Both the position numbers and the translations under genes were made by a program. DNA of 64,000 nucleotides from Alkalispirochaeta sp. (GTDB lineage: Bacteria > Spirochaetota > Spirochaetia > DSM-27196 > Alkalispirochaetaceae): contig CBDESZ010000016.1 of the NCBI GenBank assembly GCA_965242725.1, positions 32,001-96,000 on the forward strand. Reading direction: 5' to 3'. The notes under the pieces were generated by a model. It had not been told where the DNA came from. It worked only from the letters and a program-made list of their open reading frames with translations, and searched no databases. Below, piece by piece: positions 31,454 to 42,306 of this stretch; position 1 is the stretch's first letter, and every line of letters begins with the position of its first letter.

Positions 31454-31861
31454 TCAAGCCAGTATCCATCGCACGATCAACACTTGCATCACCATGACCC
31501 CAACCAGCAATGGGAAGATGATGACATCACCGACTCTCCTTTCGAAGTCGGTCATGCGCTCCTTGATCTTTCGCACCCGTTCTACAGCGGACCTCCGGCC
31601 CGCAGATCCGCGTGCAATTCGGTCAAACAACATTGCCAAGGCGAATAGTCCGATCCCAACAACCAAACCTGCTGATTGTTGGGCGGCGAACCCAGGGAAT
31701 ACGACAGCTATCAACAGAAAGAGCCACGGTGCCAACACCACCACAATGAAGGCTGTGGCCCCCACGTCTGGTAAGGCAAATCTCCCGAGAACCGGCAACG
31801 CCCAATTGGTATCCTTGATCGCTGCGCTTATCCACGCATGTATCAGCCAAATCGATCTCAC
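31454..31861 (-). CDS. membrane protein, possible immunity protein
   Basis: Three hydrophobic segments within the RHS array. Confidence 0.45.
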   Translation of the reverse strand: MRSIWLIHAWISAAIKDTNWALPVLGRFALPDVGATAFIVVVLAPWLFLLIAVVFPGFAAQQSAGLVVGIGLFALAMLFDRIARGSAGRRSAVERVRKIKERMTDFERRVGDVIIFPLLVGVMVMQVLIVRWILA

Positions 31862-31966
31862 ATTAAACCTCGCAGTGTCTTTCTATTCGAGACTCGATCA
31901 TATTCGGCTTTTAGCGGCGGGTTGCACCGTTTTCAGTATGCCAATCATGATATGCACGACGAAAGG

Positions 31967-32803
31967 TCAGTACCTTAAAAGGAAGTTGATTGCCATATCG
32001 TCCCATCGTTCTCCTTCATAGACATCGACTATGGTTAGAATTACTCTCTCGGTCTCTTGCCTCAGCTCAATGGCTTGTGGTGAGGGTGTATCCCGTAATT
32101 CAACCTCATATCTTGATTCGTTCGTTATATCCCGTACCTCAATACGTTTCGCTCGCGCATTAGCGCGGTACAAATACGGTTTCTCAAACGAAACGAATCC
32201 GTTGGATATCCAAATCCGCTGCGAGTAGACCGGCGAGATGACGATTTCCTCCCCGATGCCGGGCCCCGGGACATTCTCAACCCACGGCATAGATAGCCTC
32301 GTGTTGCGGAGGTTCGCACCGGTATACGCAACCGATCCCTCCACCAAATAACTTGAGACACTTTCCACGTCGAGGAGGGTTAAGGCTTCGATCCCCCCGG
32401 AATCCTGCGATACTCCGACAAAAAACGGGAATGCCATTGCGTCCTTGTAAGCGAGCAAGAATTCGTCACATGCAAGTATGAGCCAATGCCCTTCCTCCGA
32501 TCCGTCGATCTCAATAAACGGAACACCATTCTCTTCCGAAAACTGGTAACGATAGGAACGGTGAAATTGTTCACCCCTGTCCGGATCGATACCGGAAAAG
32601 ACAAGATCATTTCGCGACTCGAAGCGAAGCATAGCGAACTGCGAGTGATACACCTTTCCCGCCAATGAATTACTCTCCCCGTACACGTTGAAAACACTCG
32701 GGCCTATCAGGATCGAGAGGACGCCGACTATGAGCAGAAGGAGAGATTCGCTACTTATTCTTCTTGCTTGATACACCGACCGTAATCGTGTCTGGATTTC
32801 CAT
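31967..32803 (-). CDS. exported protein with NADase-type glycan-binding-like domain; 5' end uncertain
   Basis: PWVENVPGPGIGEEI, NGFVS..KPYLY..NAR, VYEGERWDD. Confidence 0.6.
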   Translation of the reverse strand: MEIQTRLRSVYQARRISSESLLLLIVGVLSILIGPSVFNVYGESNSLAGKVYHSQFAMLRFESRNDLVFSGIDPDRGEQFHRSYRYQFSEENGVPFIEIDGSEEGHWLILACDEFLLAYKDAMAFPFFVGVSQDSGGIEALTLLDVESVSSYLVEGSVAYTGANLRNTRLSMPWVENVPGPGIGEEIVISPVYSQRIWISNGFVSFEKPYLYRANARAKRIEVRDITNESRYEVELRDTPSPQAIELRQETERVILTIVDVYEGERWDDMAINFLLRY

Positions 32804-33029
32804 ACACCCTCCACAGCCACCGCTCGGGGTTGAAGTGTCTCCCCCAGCCGGTCACGCGGCGCGTCGCCTGCTCCACTTCCTGCCGCTCCACGCCGGTGAG
32901 CACCACATGCTCGGCAAACGCCGTCGCTCCCTCTCCGGGTACCAGATGCCATCGTCCCCACCCGTCGGGCCGTCGGCCGCAATAGCCTTCGTAGACCTTC
33001 TCCTTCCCCGCAAGAAGATCGCCAGGCAT
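32790..33029 (-). pseudogene. RHS fragment (copy of about 39960-40175)
   Basis: RRPDGWGRWHLVPGEGA...HFNPERWLW, nearly identical to the main RHS. Confidence 0.85.
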
Positions 33030-33042
33030 ACCTTCCTTTCTG

Positions 33043-33798
33043 CTACTCCTGCACTACTGAGAATTCAATTGTGCGTGTTTCATATTGGCGTGTAATCGGA
33101 ACTAGCCGCTTTGAACTTGTTAAGTACCGATAGGCGATCACGGTCATTGTCACTGGCTCCGAGCCAGGCCATCTATCGAAACGAACGATGGGTTCACCAC
33201 CAGCTATACTGCTTGAACTTATTCGAGCCTCTGGTGAAGAAATCTCGAGCAGACGATCTATCCGTACCTCTGTCCGCTCTTCGGGCAACAGCGCTGTCAA
33301 AAAGGGCCCGTTCCCACCAGCTTTCTTTATCGTAACCATGTACCACTGCGCATACGGTTCTCGCTCCCATTCAAGAGTCACATCCTCAATGTCGTCGAAT
33401 TCGCTGCCATTGATCGGACTAACTACCGTCACTGGATCGTTCACGTATAGGCTAATATGTCCATTCGAGTCTATTAACTCCTCTACTTCAAACCAGAAGA
33501 GTTCACCAAAAAGGACAGTCTCTGCAGTGCTTCCCACGGTCCGCCTTTTTTCGTACCGCATAGAGACAGCTGTGGTAGAAATCGAAATATGCGCGGTTGA
33601 CCTAGGCTGCAAGCTAATCATCTGATGCCCAACCAACGTTCCTTCCCCATCTCGAAAGAACACGGCTATGTCTATGGAATCAACGATGCCAGTGTATTCG
33701 GGAATCAAAACGACAGGTACAGATTCAGCAGAACACGACATTATCGAAGCTAGAACCAATAGTGATAGCGTTGCGACTGTTTTAGAATAATGCATCAA
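33043..33798 (-). CDS. putative lipoprotein, candidate immunity protein
   Basis: LLVLASIMSC lipobox-like signal; overlaps the end of the orphan RHS-CT. Confidence 0.6.
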   Translation of the reverse strand: MMHYSKTVATLSLLVLASIMSCSAESVPVVLIPEYTGIVDSIDIAVFFRDGEGTLVGHQMISLQPRSTAHISISTTAVSMRYEKRRTVGSTAETVLFGELFWFEVEELIDSNGHISLYVNDPVTVVSPINGSEFDDIEDVTLEWEREPYAQWYMVTIKKAGGNGPFLTALLPEERTEVRIDRLLEISSPEARISSSSIAGGEPIVRFDRWPGSEPVTMTVIAYRYLTSSKRLVPITRQYETRTIEFSVVQE

Positions 33799-34522
33799 TA
33801 ACCTTCCTCAAGAGCGACCGTCGATCTTCCTCCAGAGCCTGATCAACCAAGTGAGGTGTCCTCTCCAACACCTCTCGTGCAAAGTCCTCCGGCAATGGAT
33901 CACCGGGATCGTATCTCAGAATGTCCACGTCTTCGGAGATCGATGGTCCTTCGTTTTCCACGGGAAGCGTTACTCGCACATCATATCCCCGGATGTTGTT
34001 GTCATTTCGGACTCCATAGGTTGTAAGTGTCACCGTACCCATCTTTATAGCACCACCGTAAATCGGCGCGGTTAGCGATATCGCACCACCATTCGGTCCT
34101 TGCTCGTATGCGCCTTGCCGCAGTATCTCTCCCACCCCAGCGAGTAGACTTGTATCCTCGTACTGATTAACGACCCAGCGAGTTGTACCAAACGGATCAA
34201 CGATCACCGGGCCATCTGCCATACGGGGATCACCATACATGCCAAGCTGGTCGATCTTTGCCGCCAAATCTCCCGCCGCCATCAACCCCCACGGATCCAC
34301 AAAGTTCACCGGGTCGTTCCCTACATAGACGTACCAGTTATCCCCGTCTCTGATGGGATCCACCGTCGTAAACCGGCCCACCGCGGGCTGATAATCCCGG
34401 AAGCCGTAGTTGTAGAGGTTCGTCCCCTGGTCGTAGCGTTGACCCGTATACCCAACCTCGTTCACCCGGTTGAAGCTCCCCTCATAGTGGTTCCCAAAGG
34501 CGTCATAGCCGTAACGCTCCAC
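33782..34522 (-). CDS. orphan RHS core plus variable C-terminal tip
   Basis: YGYDAFG...RFTTVDP...PVNFVDPWGL followed by a unique tip. Confidence 0.85.
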   Translation of the reverse strand: MERYGYDAFGNHYEGSFNRVNEVGYTGQRYDQGTNLYNYGFRDYQPAVGRFTTVDPIRDGDNWYVYVGNDPVNFVDPWGLMAAGDLAAKIDQLGMYGDPRMADGPVIVDPFGTTRWVVNQYEDTSLLAGVGEILRQGAYEQGPNGGAISLTAPIYGGAIKMGTVTLTTYGVRNDNNIRGYDVRVTLPVENEGPSISEDVDILRYDPGDPLPEDFAREVLERTPHLVDQALEEDRRSLLRKVIDALF

Positions 34523-34616
34523 CGTGTGAACCCGACTGTCGGTGTTGCAGTTTGATCCTCGATACGCCGCTCGGTAGTCTCCGTTCTAATACAACCGGTA
34601 CAATTCGGTGATACAG

Positions 34617-35183
34617 TTAGGTGGAGATATCAGCGCCTGGAGGACCGCCCGACGATCCGGCCTTCTCTATTCCTGCGAGTGCGCGTTCTTTGTATTTGTT
34701 TGACACTTCGATTAGATCATTGTCGTTGGAAAACTCAGACACCGCACTTTCATGCGTCCGCAGCACCATTTTATAGTCCTCATTGTTAAAATAGCCAGCC
34801 AACAAATACTTGTAGACGACTTCCTTACCCGACAATCCAGTTTCGGTCTGTCTGAGATACTCGCACCGTTCTACAACCTTGTCATAGTTCTCGCGTTTCC
34901 ATTCGGGAAGCACGAAGTAATTGATCCCCTTCGTAAGAAGTCTTTTGTCCCTAAGTTGCGGTATAAGCATGCGAAAATACTCAAAACCGGTGTCAGATTT
35001 TCCTATATAAGCATAGGCGAATGATAGATTTCGGATAGAGAGAAAATCAAAATCTTTATTTTCTAGGTCAGCGTGTGCAATTGAGATTATTTCCTCGTAC
35101 CTGCGATCCTTGAAGAGTCTAGCAGATCGTAGAATCCGACGAAAGTTTTTAAAAACGTAAAGAATTCCTTTCACCATTTTCAT
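34617..35183 (-). CDS. helical/TPR-like hypothetical protein
   Basis: AT-rich 188-aa ORF in the RHS array. Confidence 0.5.
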   Translation of the reverse strand: MKMVKGILYVFKNFRRILRSARLFKDRRYEEIISIAHADLENKDFDFLSIRNLSFAYAYIGKSDTGFEYFRMLIPQLRDKRLLTKGINYFVLPEWKRENYDKVVERCEYLRQTETGLSGKEVVYKYLLAGYFNNEDYKMVLRTHESAVSEFSNDNDLIEVSNKYKERALAGIEKAGSSGGPPGADIST

Positions 35184-35261
35184 ATCGCATCCTTATTGAA
35201 AGAACCCTAAAATATCCGCAACGACGTCCAAAATCGCTCCACCGAGTGTTTTCTTTGGTTC

Positions 35262-35393
35262 TGGTGCCCTCCGCCTTGTTCAGGATCGCCATTATCTGTG
35301 AGTCCGAAAACCGAAACTTCCTCTTCGTTACTCCTTTTCCAGGGATATTAGGTTTTCTACTTTTGGCGAAGGCTGCTTTCTGAGGGGATTACA
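35262..35393 (-). mobile_element. IS3-family left-end remnant
   Basis: TGTAATCCCCTC end, then KRKFRFSDSQIMAILNKAEG (OrfA-like N-terminus). Confidence 0.6.
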
Positions 35394-35400
35394 GTTGCTC

Positions 35401-35868
35401 TCACCGTTTGAGTTCCGTGGCTGCTTTCTTCTTTATATGGAATCTATCTATCTTTCCATCTCCAAACGCGATCTTCAAATCATTCATCGAGGCAAGATCG
35501 AGAATAATAGGCACCAAGTAGGACTCGATTGTCTTCTTTATCCCTTCTTGGCGTTCGGAGGATGTCACATCCTCGTTCTCAAGATCGAGAGACTTCTCAA
35601 GAGCCATTCCAATGTCTGACGGAACCAATTTTGAAAGCCGCGTACGCAAATGGCATTTGTTCTCCTTGGGAAAGGGCTCCTCGCCTCCAAGAGACTTCAT
35701 CCAAATGCCTACGTTTAGATAGTGCTGCAGCCCAAACTGAGATCGTTGCAAATTAACCACCCAGATGACGTCATTAGAGTCTCGAAACCACGTTAGACCC
35801 TTTTTCCGAAATCCATGACTTTTCAGACAGGTCGCAATGGATGATTTCAATTCCGAATCCGCATTCAT
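35401..35868 (-). CDS. DUF4304-like protein, candidate immunity protein
   Basis: LKSHGFRKKGLTW...VNLQRSQF...YLNVGI. Confidence 0.7.
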   Translation of the reverse strand: MNADSELKSSIATCLKSHGFRKKGLTWFRDSNDVIWVVNLQRSQFGLQHYLNVGIWMKSLGGEEPFPKENKCHLRTRLSKLVPSDIGMALEKSLDLENEDVTSSERQEGIKKTIESYLVPIILDLASMNDLKIAFGDGKIDRFHIKKKAATELKR

Positions 35869-35915
35869 GGCATAGTCTACCTTTCCCTTATAGAATCAAC
35901 AAATCCGTTTGGGAA

Positions 35916-36200
35916 TTATCGATCATATGTTTCGACCAATCCCGTCCACTCGCCACCATATGTATCTTCCAGCTCCTGACGATAGCGCTCGACTTGACAT
36001 TCTCCCCTACGAATCGCCCGCGGGTTATTGCGCTTTAACTCGACTACAACACGTGTTTCGAAGTTGACCGTATCAGCTCGACGACCACTCTCAAAACGAA
36101 ATTCCTTCTCATAGCCTTCACCAGGATTCCATTGTTTATGCGCCTCTCTACCACTACGGGTGTACTCGGTTTCTCTACGAAATGCATTGACAACACCGCG
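35916..36200 (-). pseudogene. startless REase-fold toxin C-terminal domain cut by IS66
   Basis: Manual translation GREAHKQW...KEFRFESGRRADTVNFETRVVVELKRNNPRAIRRGECQVERY. Confidence 0.75.
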
Positions 36201-37963
36201 GCAGCCGTCAAATTAACCGCGCCGGCACGGGGTAGTTGGCAGATATGACGTCCTGATTCAGATTTCGAGGAAGCAGAGTGTCCCATTCGTCGTCATCAGA
36301 GATCCGTGGTGCCCGATCGAGCACGTAGTACAGATAGGAGAATGGGTTCAGATCATTCTGCTTCGCCGTCTCGATCAGCGAATAGATTGCGCATGAAGCT
36401 TTCGCGCCGTTGGGGCTGTCGGAAAATAGCCAGTTTTTACGTCCGAGGACAAATGGCCGGATGGCGTTTTCCGCCGCGTTGTTGTCCGGCGCGAGGACCG
36501 GATGATCGAGGTAGCGAATGAGTGCACTCCACTCGTCCAGCGTGTAGTTCACCGCCTTGCCGAGAAGCGATGATGGCACAACGGTTTCCTGCTTCTTTGC
36601 AAGCCAGTGATGGAACTTCTCGAGGATCGGCATCACCAGGGTGCGGCGCTTCTTAAAAAACTCGTCGTCGTCGATGTATTGTGATCGCAACTCGGTCTCG
36701 ATACGGTAGATTCGCGCGACGTATTTCATACCCTCATGGGCGGCACCGGCTTCCTTGCTGCCTTGCGCCGCCTAGTGAAACTTTCGCCGAGCGTGGGCGA
36801 AACAGCCAACACGAATAATACCTGGCTCTTCTATTGCGAGTAGTACGTGGGCCCGGTGCGCATCACCCTGCATGTAGAGCTCGGCTCCGGAAAGAAGCTC
36901 ACGAAGATATTCGGCACTGCGGTTTTGACTGTAGTGGTACAGCACAACCGGCTCATCCGGTGGCCCGCCGCGGGCTAACCACATGAAGCTGGTGGTCGTA
37001 TCCGACCGGTTCAGCTCGTTCATGACCTGCACCCGGGTATCGTCGATATTGACTGCTGGACCACCGGGGATCATGGTGCTAAATCTCTGTATGAGCGGCT
37101 GGAGCATCGTTGCGGATCGCACCGTCCAGTTACTCATGTCCTGCCGGGAGATCGCGATCCCGATTCATTCAAACCGTTTCTCCTGGCGATAGAACGGCAG
37201 GTGATCCACGAACTTGTTGACCAGAACGAACGCAATCAGGCCGGCAGTGGCGATGCCTTTCGGTACCACCGTCGGCTCAACAGGCGCGATCCGTACCGCC
37301 GGCTTGGATTCATCGCCGGAGCCTTCGCAGTGGTGACGTGCGTATTTGGGACGCACGATACGATCAACCCAGATCTGCTCCGGGATGACCTGAACGCGCT
37401 CGGTGACTTCCTCGCCGATACGGACCATCTCATGGCCACAGGCACACTGCTTGTCTTCCTCAGGGATGTCGATGACTCGCTCAAATCGCGGGTGTTTCGG
37501 ATCAATCGGTTGATCGCCTTACGCATGTCGGTTACCCAGGGCGGATGAAGATCTCTACCCGGTTGAGATCCGGGCCAATTATGATGGCGCCAAGGCCCGG
37601 ATGATCGTCAAAAACTCCACTTCGCTCACTGGTCGTTCCACCTCGATCACGACACCAGTTCCAGACGTTACGCGAAGCGTCTGTCGCCCGGCAACCGGAT
37701 TAACGGTACCGACTGACACCATGTCTGATGACCGTTGTGCCCACTACTTTTTTCGTTCACAGCCCAGCCAATACTGAAGGGTGCTAATCGGCAGATCGTG
37801 GCGTTCACAGAATGCATTCTGAGTAAGGCCACTCTCGTGAAAGTCGTTCAGTAGTCCTTCGCGTCTCGTATTCCGCTCGTTGGTGTTCACTATCCCCTCC
37901 TTGCATGAAGGAGTATTCAGTATCGATGACGTCCGGTGTAGGTGGGGATGTTTTGACGATTAC
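36201..37963 (-). mobile_element. degenerate IS66 copy (tnpA stop, tnpB/tnpC deletion, broken tnpC)
   Basis: Ends GTAATCGTCAAA (37963) and GCAGCCGTCAAATT (36201); tnpC pieces 36208-36729, 36772-37137, 37165-37428; no TSD. Confidence 0.85.
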
Positions 37964-38039
37964 GAATAATTAGAAAATTCGCCAAGTAAAATCTATCTAG
38001 TATTATAATTATTTTATCTTGATATGAAATATAATTCCA

Positions 38040-38516
38040 TTATTTTTGATCAACTACGGAACTAGTCTCACGAATGAGGTCGGCCTCCTTAGGAGTCAGA
38101 CAACTAAGCGGTATATACAAATGAACACCGTTATTATGTTGAACGAAAACCAATTCCTCGGTTTCTCTAATACGAAAGAAATCATTTCTATTCAACATAC
38201 CTTCCCCTTGAGATGTCGCGTAATAAATACCTTCTTCGTTAATCTCAACCTTTATAGGGTTTTTAAGGACATTGCTAATTCTATAGTTTCGGCGTGCCGT
38301 CCACTCTGGTCCTTTTATCCAATACCACGCAAATATAGCTGTAATTCCAATAAATATAATGGACGCAATATATTGACCGATTAGTGCGGTAACTACAATC
38401 AATCCACCGCCAAATATCGATAATGCAATAATCTGCCATATCGACAATTGGTTTTCTTTTTCAAGTACAATATAATTCCGAACATACATAGCCTCATCCA
38501 ATTCATATTCTTTCAT
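38040..38516 (-). CDS. YcxB-like membrane protein, candidate immunity protein
   Basis: Two TMs then EINEEGI...RIRET...LYIP; AT-rich; directly after the RHS tip. Confidence 0.6.
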   Translation of the reverse strand: MKEYELDEAMYVRNYIVLEKENQLSIWQIIALSIFGGGLIVVTALIGQYIASIIFIGITAIFAWYWIKGPEWTARRNYRISNVLKNPIKVEINEEGIYYATSQGEGMLNRNDFFRIRETEELVFVQHNNGVHLYIPLSCLTPKEADLIRETSSVVDQK

Positions 38517-38535
38517 ATCGTTTAATCCTCGCTTG

Positions 38536-41500
38536 TTAAAAAGACCTGGCAAAGAATTTGGCCAATTCCCATCCCGCGTTTAACACGCGCCCGGCGGTCC
38601 TTCCGAGACGTTCTGCTGCACTCGTCGCTGGCGGAATATCCGGACCCGGTCCGGCAAGACCAGATCCGAGTTCGACCACCAGTCCGTATGTAAATGATCC
38701 CGGATTCTGTCGGATGGTCCTCCCTGCATTCACAAAGGCTCCTTTCGCCAATGCTTGTGGTGTTGCCGTAAGAAGTTTCCTTGTCGGAGGACCCGGAAGC
38801 ATCAAAGTCGGAGGTGTGCCACTAACCAGACGGGTTTCGAATTCGGCCCCGGTTGTCTGATCCACGAAATACGGAGGGTTCTGAGAATCTTTACCCGCCA
38901 ACCTTTGCAAGAACGATCTTTCATCGTTAGGCCTAACCAGCACGAGATTTCTAGGATCGGGCGCAGTCCCATTCCCCGCCGTCTCCTTCATCAACCCCCA
39001 CGGATCCACAAAATTCACCGGATCGTTCCCTACGTAGGCATACCAATTGTTCCCGTCTCTGATGGGATCAACCGTCGTAAACCGTCCCACCGCGGGCTGA
39101 TAATCCCGGAAGCCGTAGTTGTAGAGGTTCGTCGCCTGGTCATACCGCTGGCCGGTGTAGCCCACCTCGTTCACCCGGTGAAAACTCCCCTCGTAGTGGT
39201 TCCCAAAGGCGTCGTAGCCGTAGCGCTCAACCGTGCGGCCCCGGCTGTCGGTGATCACCGCCGTCGATCCCAGCACGTCCTGATGGTAGTATTCCGTCTT
39301 CTCCCAGGTCAATCGCGTGTATTCAGGGTTGAAGTCGCTCCTTGCGATGAGCTCGTCCCGGTTCCCGTAGACGTACTCGCCTACCGGGCGGAATCGTCCC
39401 TGCCGCACCCAGCTCCAGCTCCGGTGTCCCGGATGGGAGCGGTGATGTCCCCACCGCGGCCGTCGTGATCCGCCGTCGTGCCAGGGAAGCCAGGGGTGGT
39501 CGAGGCCGGGGTTGAACTCCGTGTCCCGGTACTCCGCCACGGGATTCATGGACAGTCCGTCGTAGAGATACTCCGTCACGCTTTCGTTGTCCCAGCTCCG
39601 CTGCCATCGACTGCCGAAGCTCACCGTCTGGTATTCCGCCCGGCTCACCCGTCTGCCCAGGGCGTCGTACTCATACCGTATCCCCGACTCCAGTTCCCAC
39701 TCGTGCCGTCCCCAGTGGTAGCGGCCCACCAGTCCTTCCACCTCGGTGTTTACGTCCACTACGCGGTTCTCCGGGCTGTAGGCGTAGACCACCTGGAGAT
39801 CTCCCAGCGCTTCACCGGTGAGGTTGCCGTTCTCATCGTACGTGTAGAGCCGTTCTCCCGCCTGCTGCAGGCGGTTCTCCTCGTCGTAACGGTAGGGAAT
39901 CGCGCCCCAGCCGTTCGCCTTGGAGAGGCGGTTGCCGTTCTCGTCGTATTCGTAGTTCTCAATCCAAAGCCATCGCTCGGGGTTGAAGTGTCTCCCCCAG
40001 CCGGTCACCCGGCGGGTCGCCTGCTCCACTTCCTGCCGCTCCACCCCGGTGAGCACCACATGCTCGGCAAACTCCGTCGCGCCCTCTCCGGGTACCAGAT
40101 GCCATCTCCCCCACCCGTCGGGCCGCCGGCCGCGATAACCTTCGTAGACCTGCTCCCTTCCCGCAAGAAGATCGCTCAGGTGGTCGCCGAACTCAGACTC
40201 GTCAAAGTCGGGGACATGAGGCAGGCGGAAGCCGAAGTGCACTCCCGGGTGCTCCGGTTCGTCTCCCATACCGCTGCTGTGGAGTCCGCCTCCGTCCTCT
40301 TCGTACTCAGGATACAACCCCACCGTGAGGCGCTCCTCAAAGTCCTCACTCGCCTTCCCCACCCCAAAGGGATAGAGCGCCGTCTCGAGGCGTCCCGCTT
40401 CATCGTAGCGGTAGACGGTGAGTCGTCCCCGCTCATCCACGCGGTAGGTGCGCTTGCCCGACTCGTCGTAGACGTAGCCCTCTCCACTGATAAGCTCTCC
40501 CCGGCTCTTCCGTTCCCGTATGGCGCTCACTCTCCCCGCCGGATCGTAACTGCGCTCGGTGATAATACCGTTCGGGAGCTCTCGTTCGATCTCACGCAGG
40601 AGCAGATCGTAGGTGTAGGTTGTCGTGGTGCCGTCGGGGCCGGTCACCGACAACAGCTCTCCCGCCTCGCCGTAGGTGTAGCGGGTGACCCGTTGGTCGG
40701 AAAGCCAGGCGATGCGGGTCCGGCGCCCTTCCGCGTCGTAAGCGTAGGTGACCACCTGTCCCAGGTCCGCGTCCTCGCTCCGCACCAGCCGGTTCAGCCC
40801 ATCATATGCATAAGCGTATTCCCGCGCTTCATTATCCGCCGCGATGAGGTTTCCCGCCTTGTCGTAGGTGAAGGTGTTCTGTGATCCGTCGGCAAACTCG
40901 ACACGCGTCAGTCGTCCCAGAGGGTCGTAGAGGTAGCCGGTGTCCGCGTCGGTGAAGTCGGTCTTCCCGATCCGGTTGCCTTCCCCGTCGTAGCGATAAC
41001 TCTGTGTATCGCCCAGCCGGTTGGTCTCGTTCACCAGCCTGCCGAGGGCGTCGTATTCGTACTGATACACCTCGCCCTTCCCGTCGGTCATGCCGGTCTG
41101 TCGGCCTTCTTCGTCGTAGGCGTAGGTCACCGTCTCGCCGGCGCCGTTGGTCTCCTCCTCAAGCCGTCCTAATTCGTCGTAGGTGTAGGTGGTGACCCGG
41201 CCCGCGCCGTCGGTGACGGAGAGCAGGTTTCCCGCTCCGTCATAGGTGTAATTCGTCTCCGCCATGATCGGATCGGTTACCGTAACGAGGCGGCCGAGTT
41301 CATCGTAATCGTAGCGGGTGATGTGTCCCAGGGCGTTCCGCTCCGTCGCGATATCGCCGAGCAGGGTGTAGGTGTACGTTGTGGATGCGCCGTAGGGGTT
41401 GGTCACCACCGTTCTCCTGCCCGCTTCGTCATAGCCGTAACGCCACGTCGCGCCGGTCCGGTCGGTAAGTTCGGTAATCCGCCCCACCTCATCCCGGGTA

Positions 41501-41548
41501 AGCTCCACCCGGTTGCCCGCGGCGTCGATTTCCGCGACAATACCGAGG
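38536..41548 (-). pseudogene. 5'-truncated RHS/YD-repeat polymorphic toxin
   Basis: Many YxYDxxGR repeats; core ends PVNFVDPWGL; the ORF upstream of about 41550 is not RHS-like and overlaps a TA module on the other strand. Confidence 0.85.
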
Positions 41549-41698
41549 AAAAATTTGAGATCATTCGGCGCATAGGTGAAAAATAGTTCGTCTAAGTCCT
41601 TTCCGGGAATTTTCGTGCTCACCCTATAGAGCGGCGAGGCGTGTGTTCGCGGTACGCGGAGAATTGACCGTACAACTCCCAAGCTGTAATCTTCGAGT

Positions 41699-41929
41699 AT
41701 GAACAAGACGGTGGAAAAGATCGTTACAGAAGCATTGTCCCTTTCCCCGCAAGCACGTGCGTTCCTAGCAGAGCGCCTCATAGAAAGCCTTGACACCACC
41801 CCCGGAGAGGATCTATCTCCGTTGTGGCGTGAAGAAGTTCGAAAGCGGTGCCGCGAAATAGACGAAGGTGCTATCGAACTTCGAGATGCGGCCGACGTTT
41901 TCGCCAAAGCGTACGCCGCACTCCCGTGA
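41699..41929 (+). CDS. addiction-module antitoxin
   Basis: ALSLSPQARAFLAERLIESLD...WREEVRKR. Confidence 0.85.
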   Translation: MNKTVEKIVTEALSLSPQARAFLAERLIESLDTTPGEDLSPLWREEVRKRCREIDEGAIELRDAADVFAKAYAALP

Positions 41930-42267
41930 AGCCTATACGATTCCATCCTGATGCCGACTCGGAGATGGTCGAGGCGGCCATATGGTACGAGTCACAACAA
42001 GAAGGCCTCGGAAAGCGCTTTTTGACCTCCGTTCAGAATGCTCTCAACCGGATCGAGCTAAATCCCAAGATGTATCCGATTGTCGAGGATGACGTTCACC
42101 GATGTCTTACAAAAATTTTCCCGTTCGGCATTCTTTTCCGCATCAAATCCGATACCATTGCGGTCATAGCTGTAATGCATCTTCACCGCGATCCGGACTA
42201 TTGGAAGGCCCGGAAGTTCGAGCAATCTTCCGTTACAAATGGAGAAGACTTCACCGTAGAGCCATGA
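41926..42267 (+). CDS. RelE/ParE family toxin
   Basis: FHPDADSEM..A..WYESQQEGLG, FPFGI, IAVMHLHRDPDYW; GTGA overlap. Confidence 0.88.
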   Translation: MKPIRFHPDADSEMVEAAIWYESQQEGLGKRFLTSVQNALNRIELNPKMYPIVEDDVHRCLTKIFPFGILFRIKSDTIAVIAVMHLHRDPDYWKARKFEQSSVTNGEDFTVEP

Positions 42268-42306
42268 CGCCTTCGGGAGATTGCGATCGGAAACTCAGGG
42301 GAAACC

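Noticed and set aside
41549..41946. N-terminus of the 1136-aa RHS ORF
   Set aside because: Not RHS-like, and mostly the antisense of the addiction-module genes.
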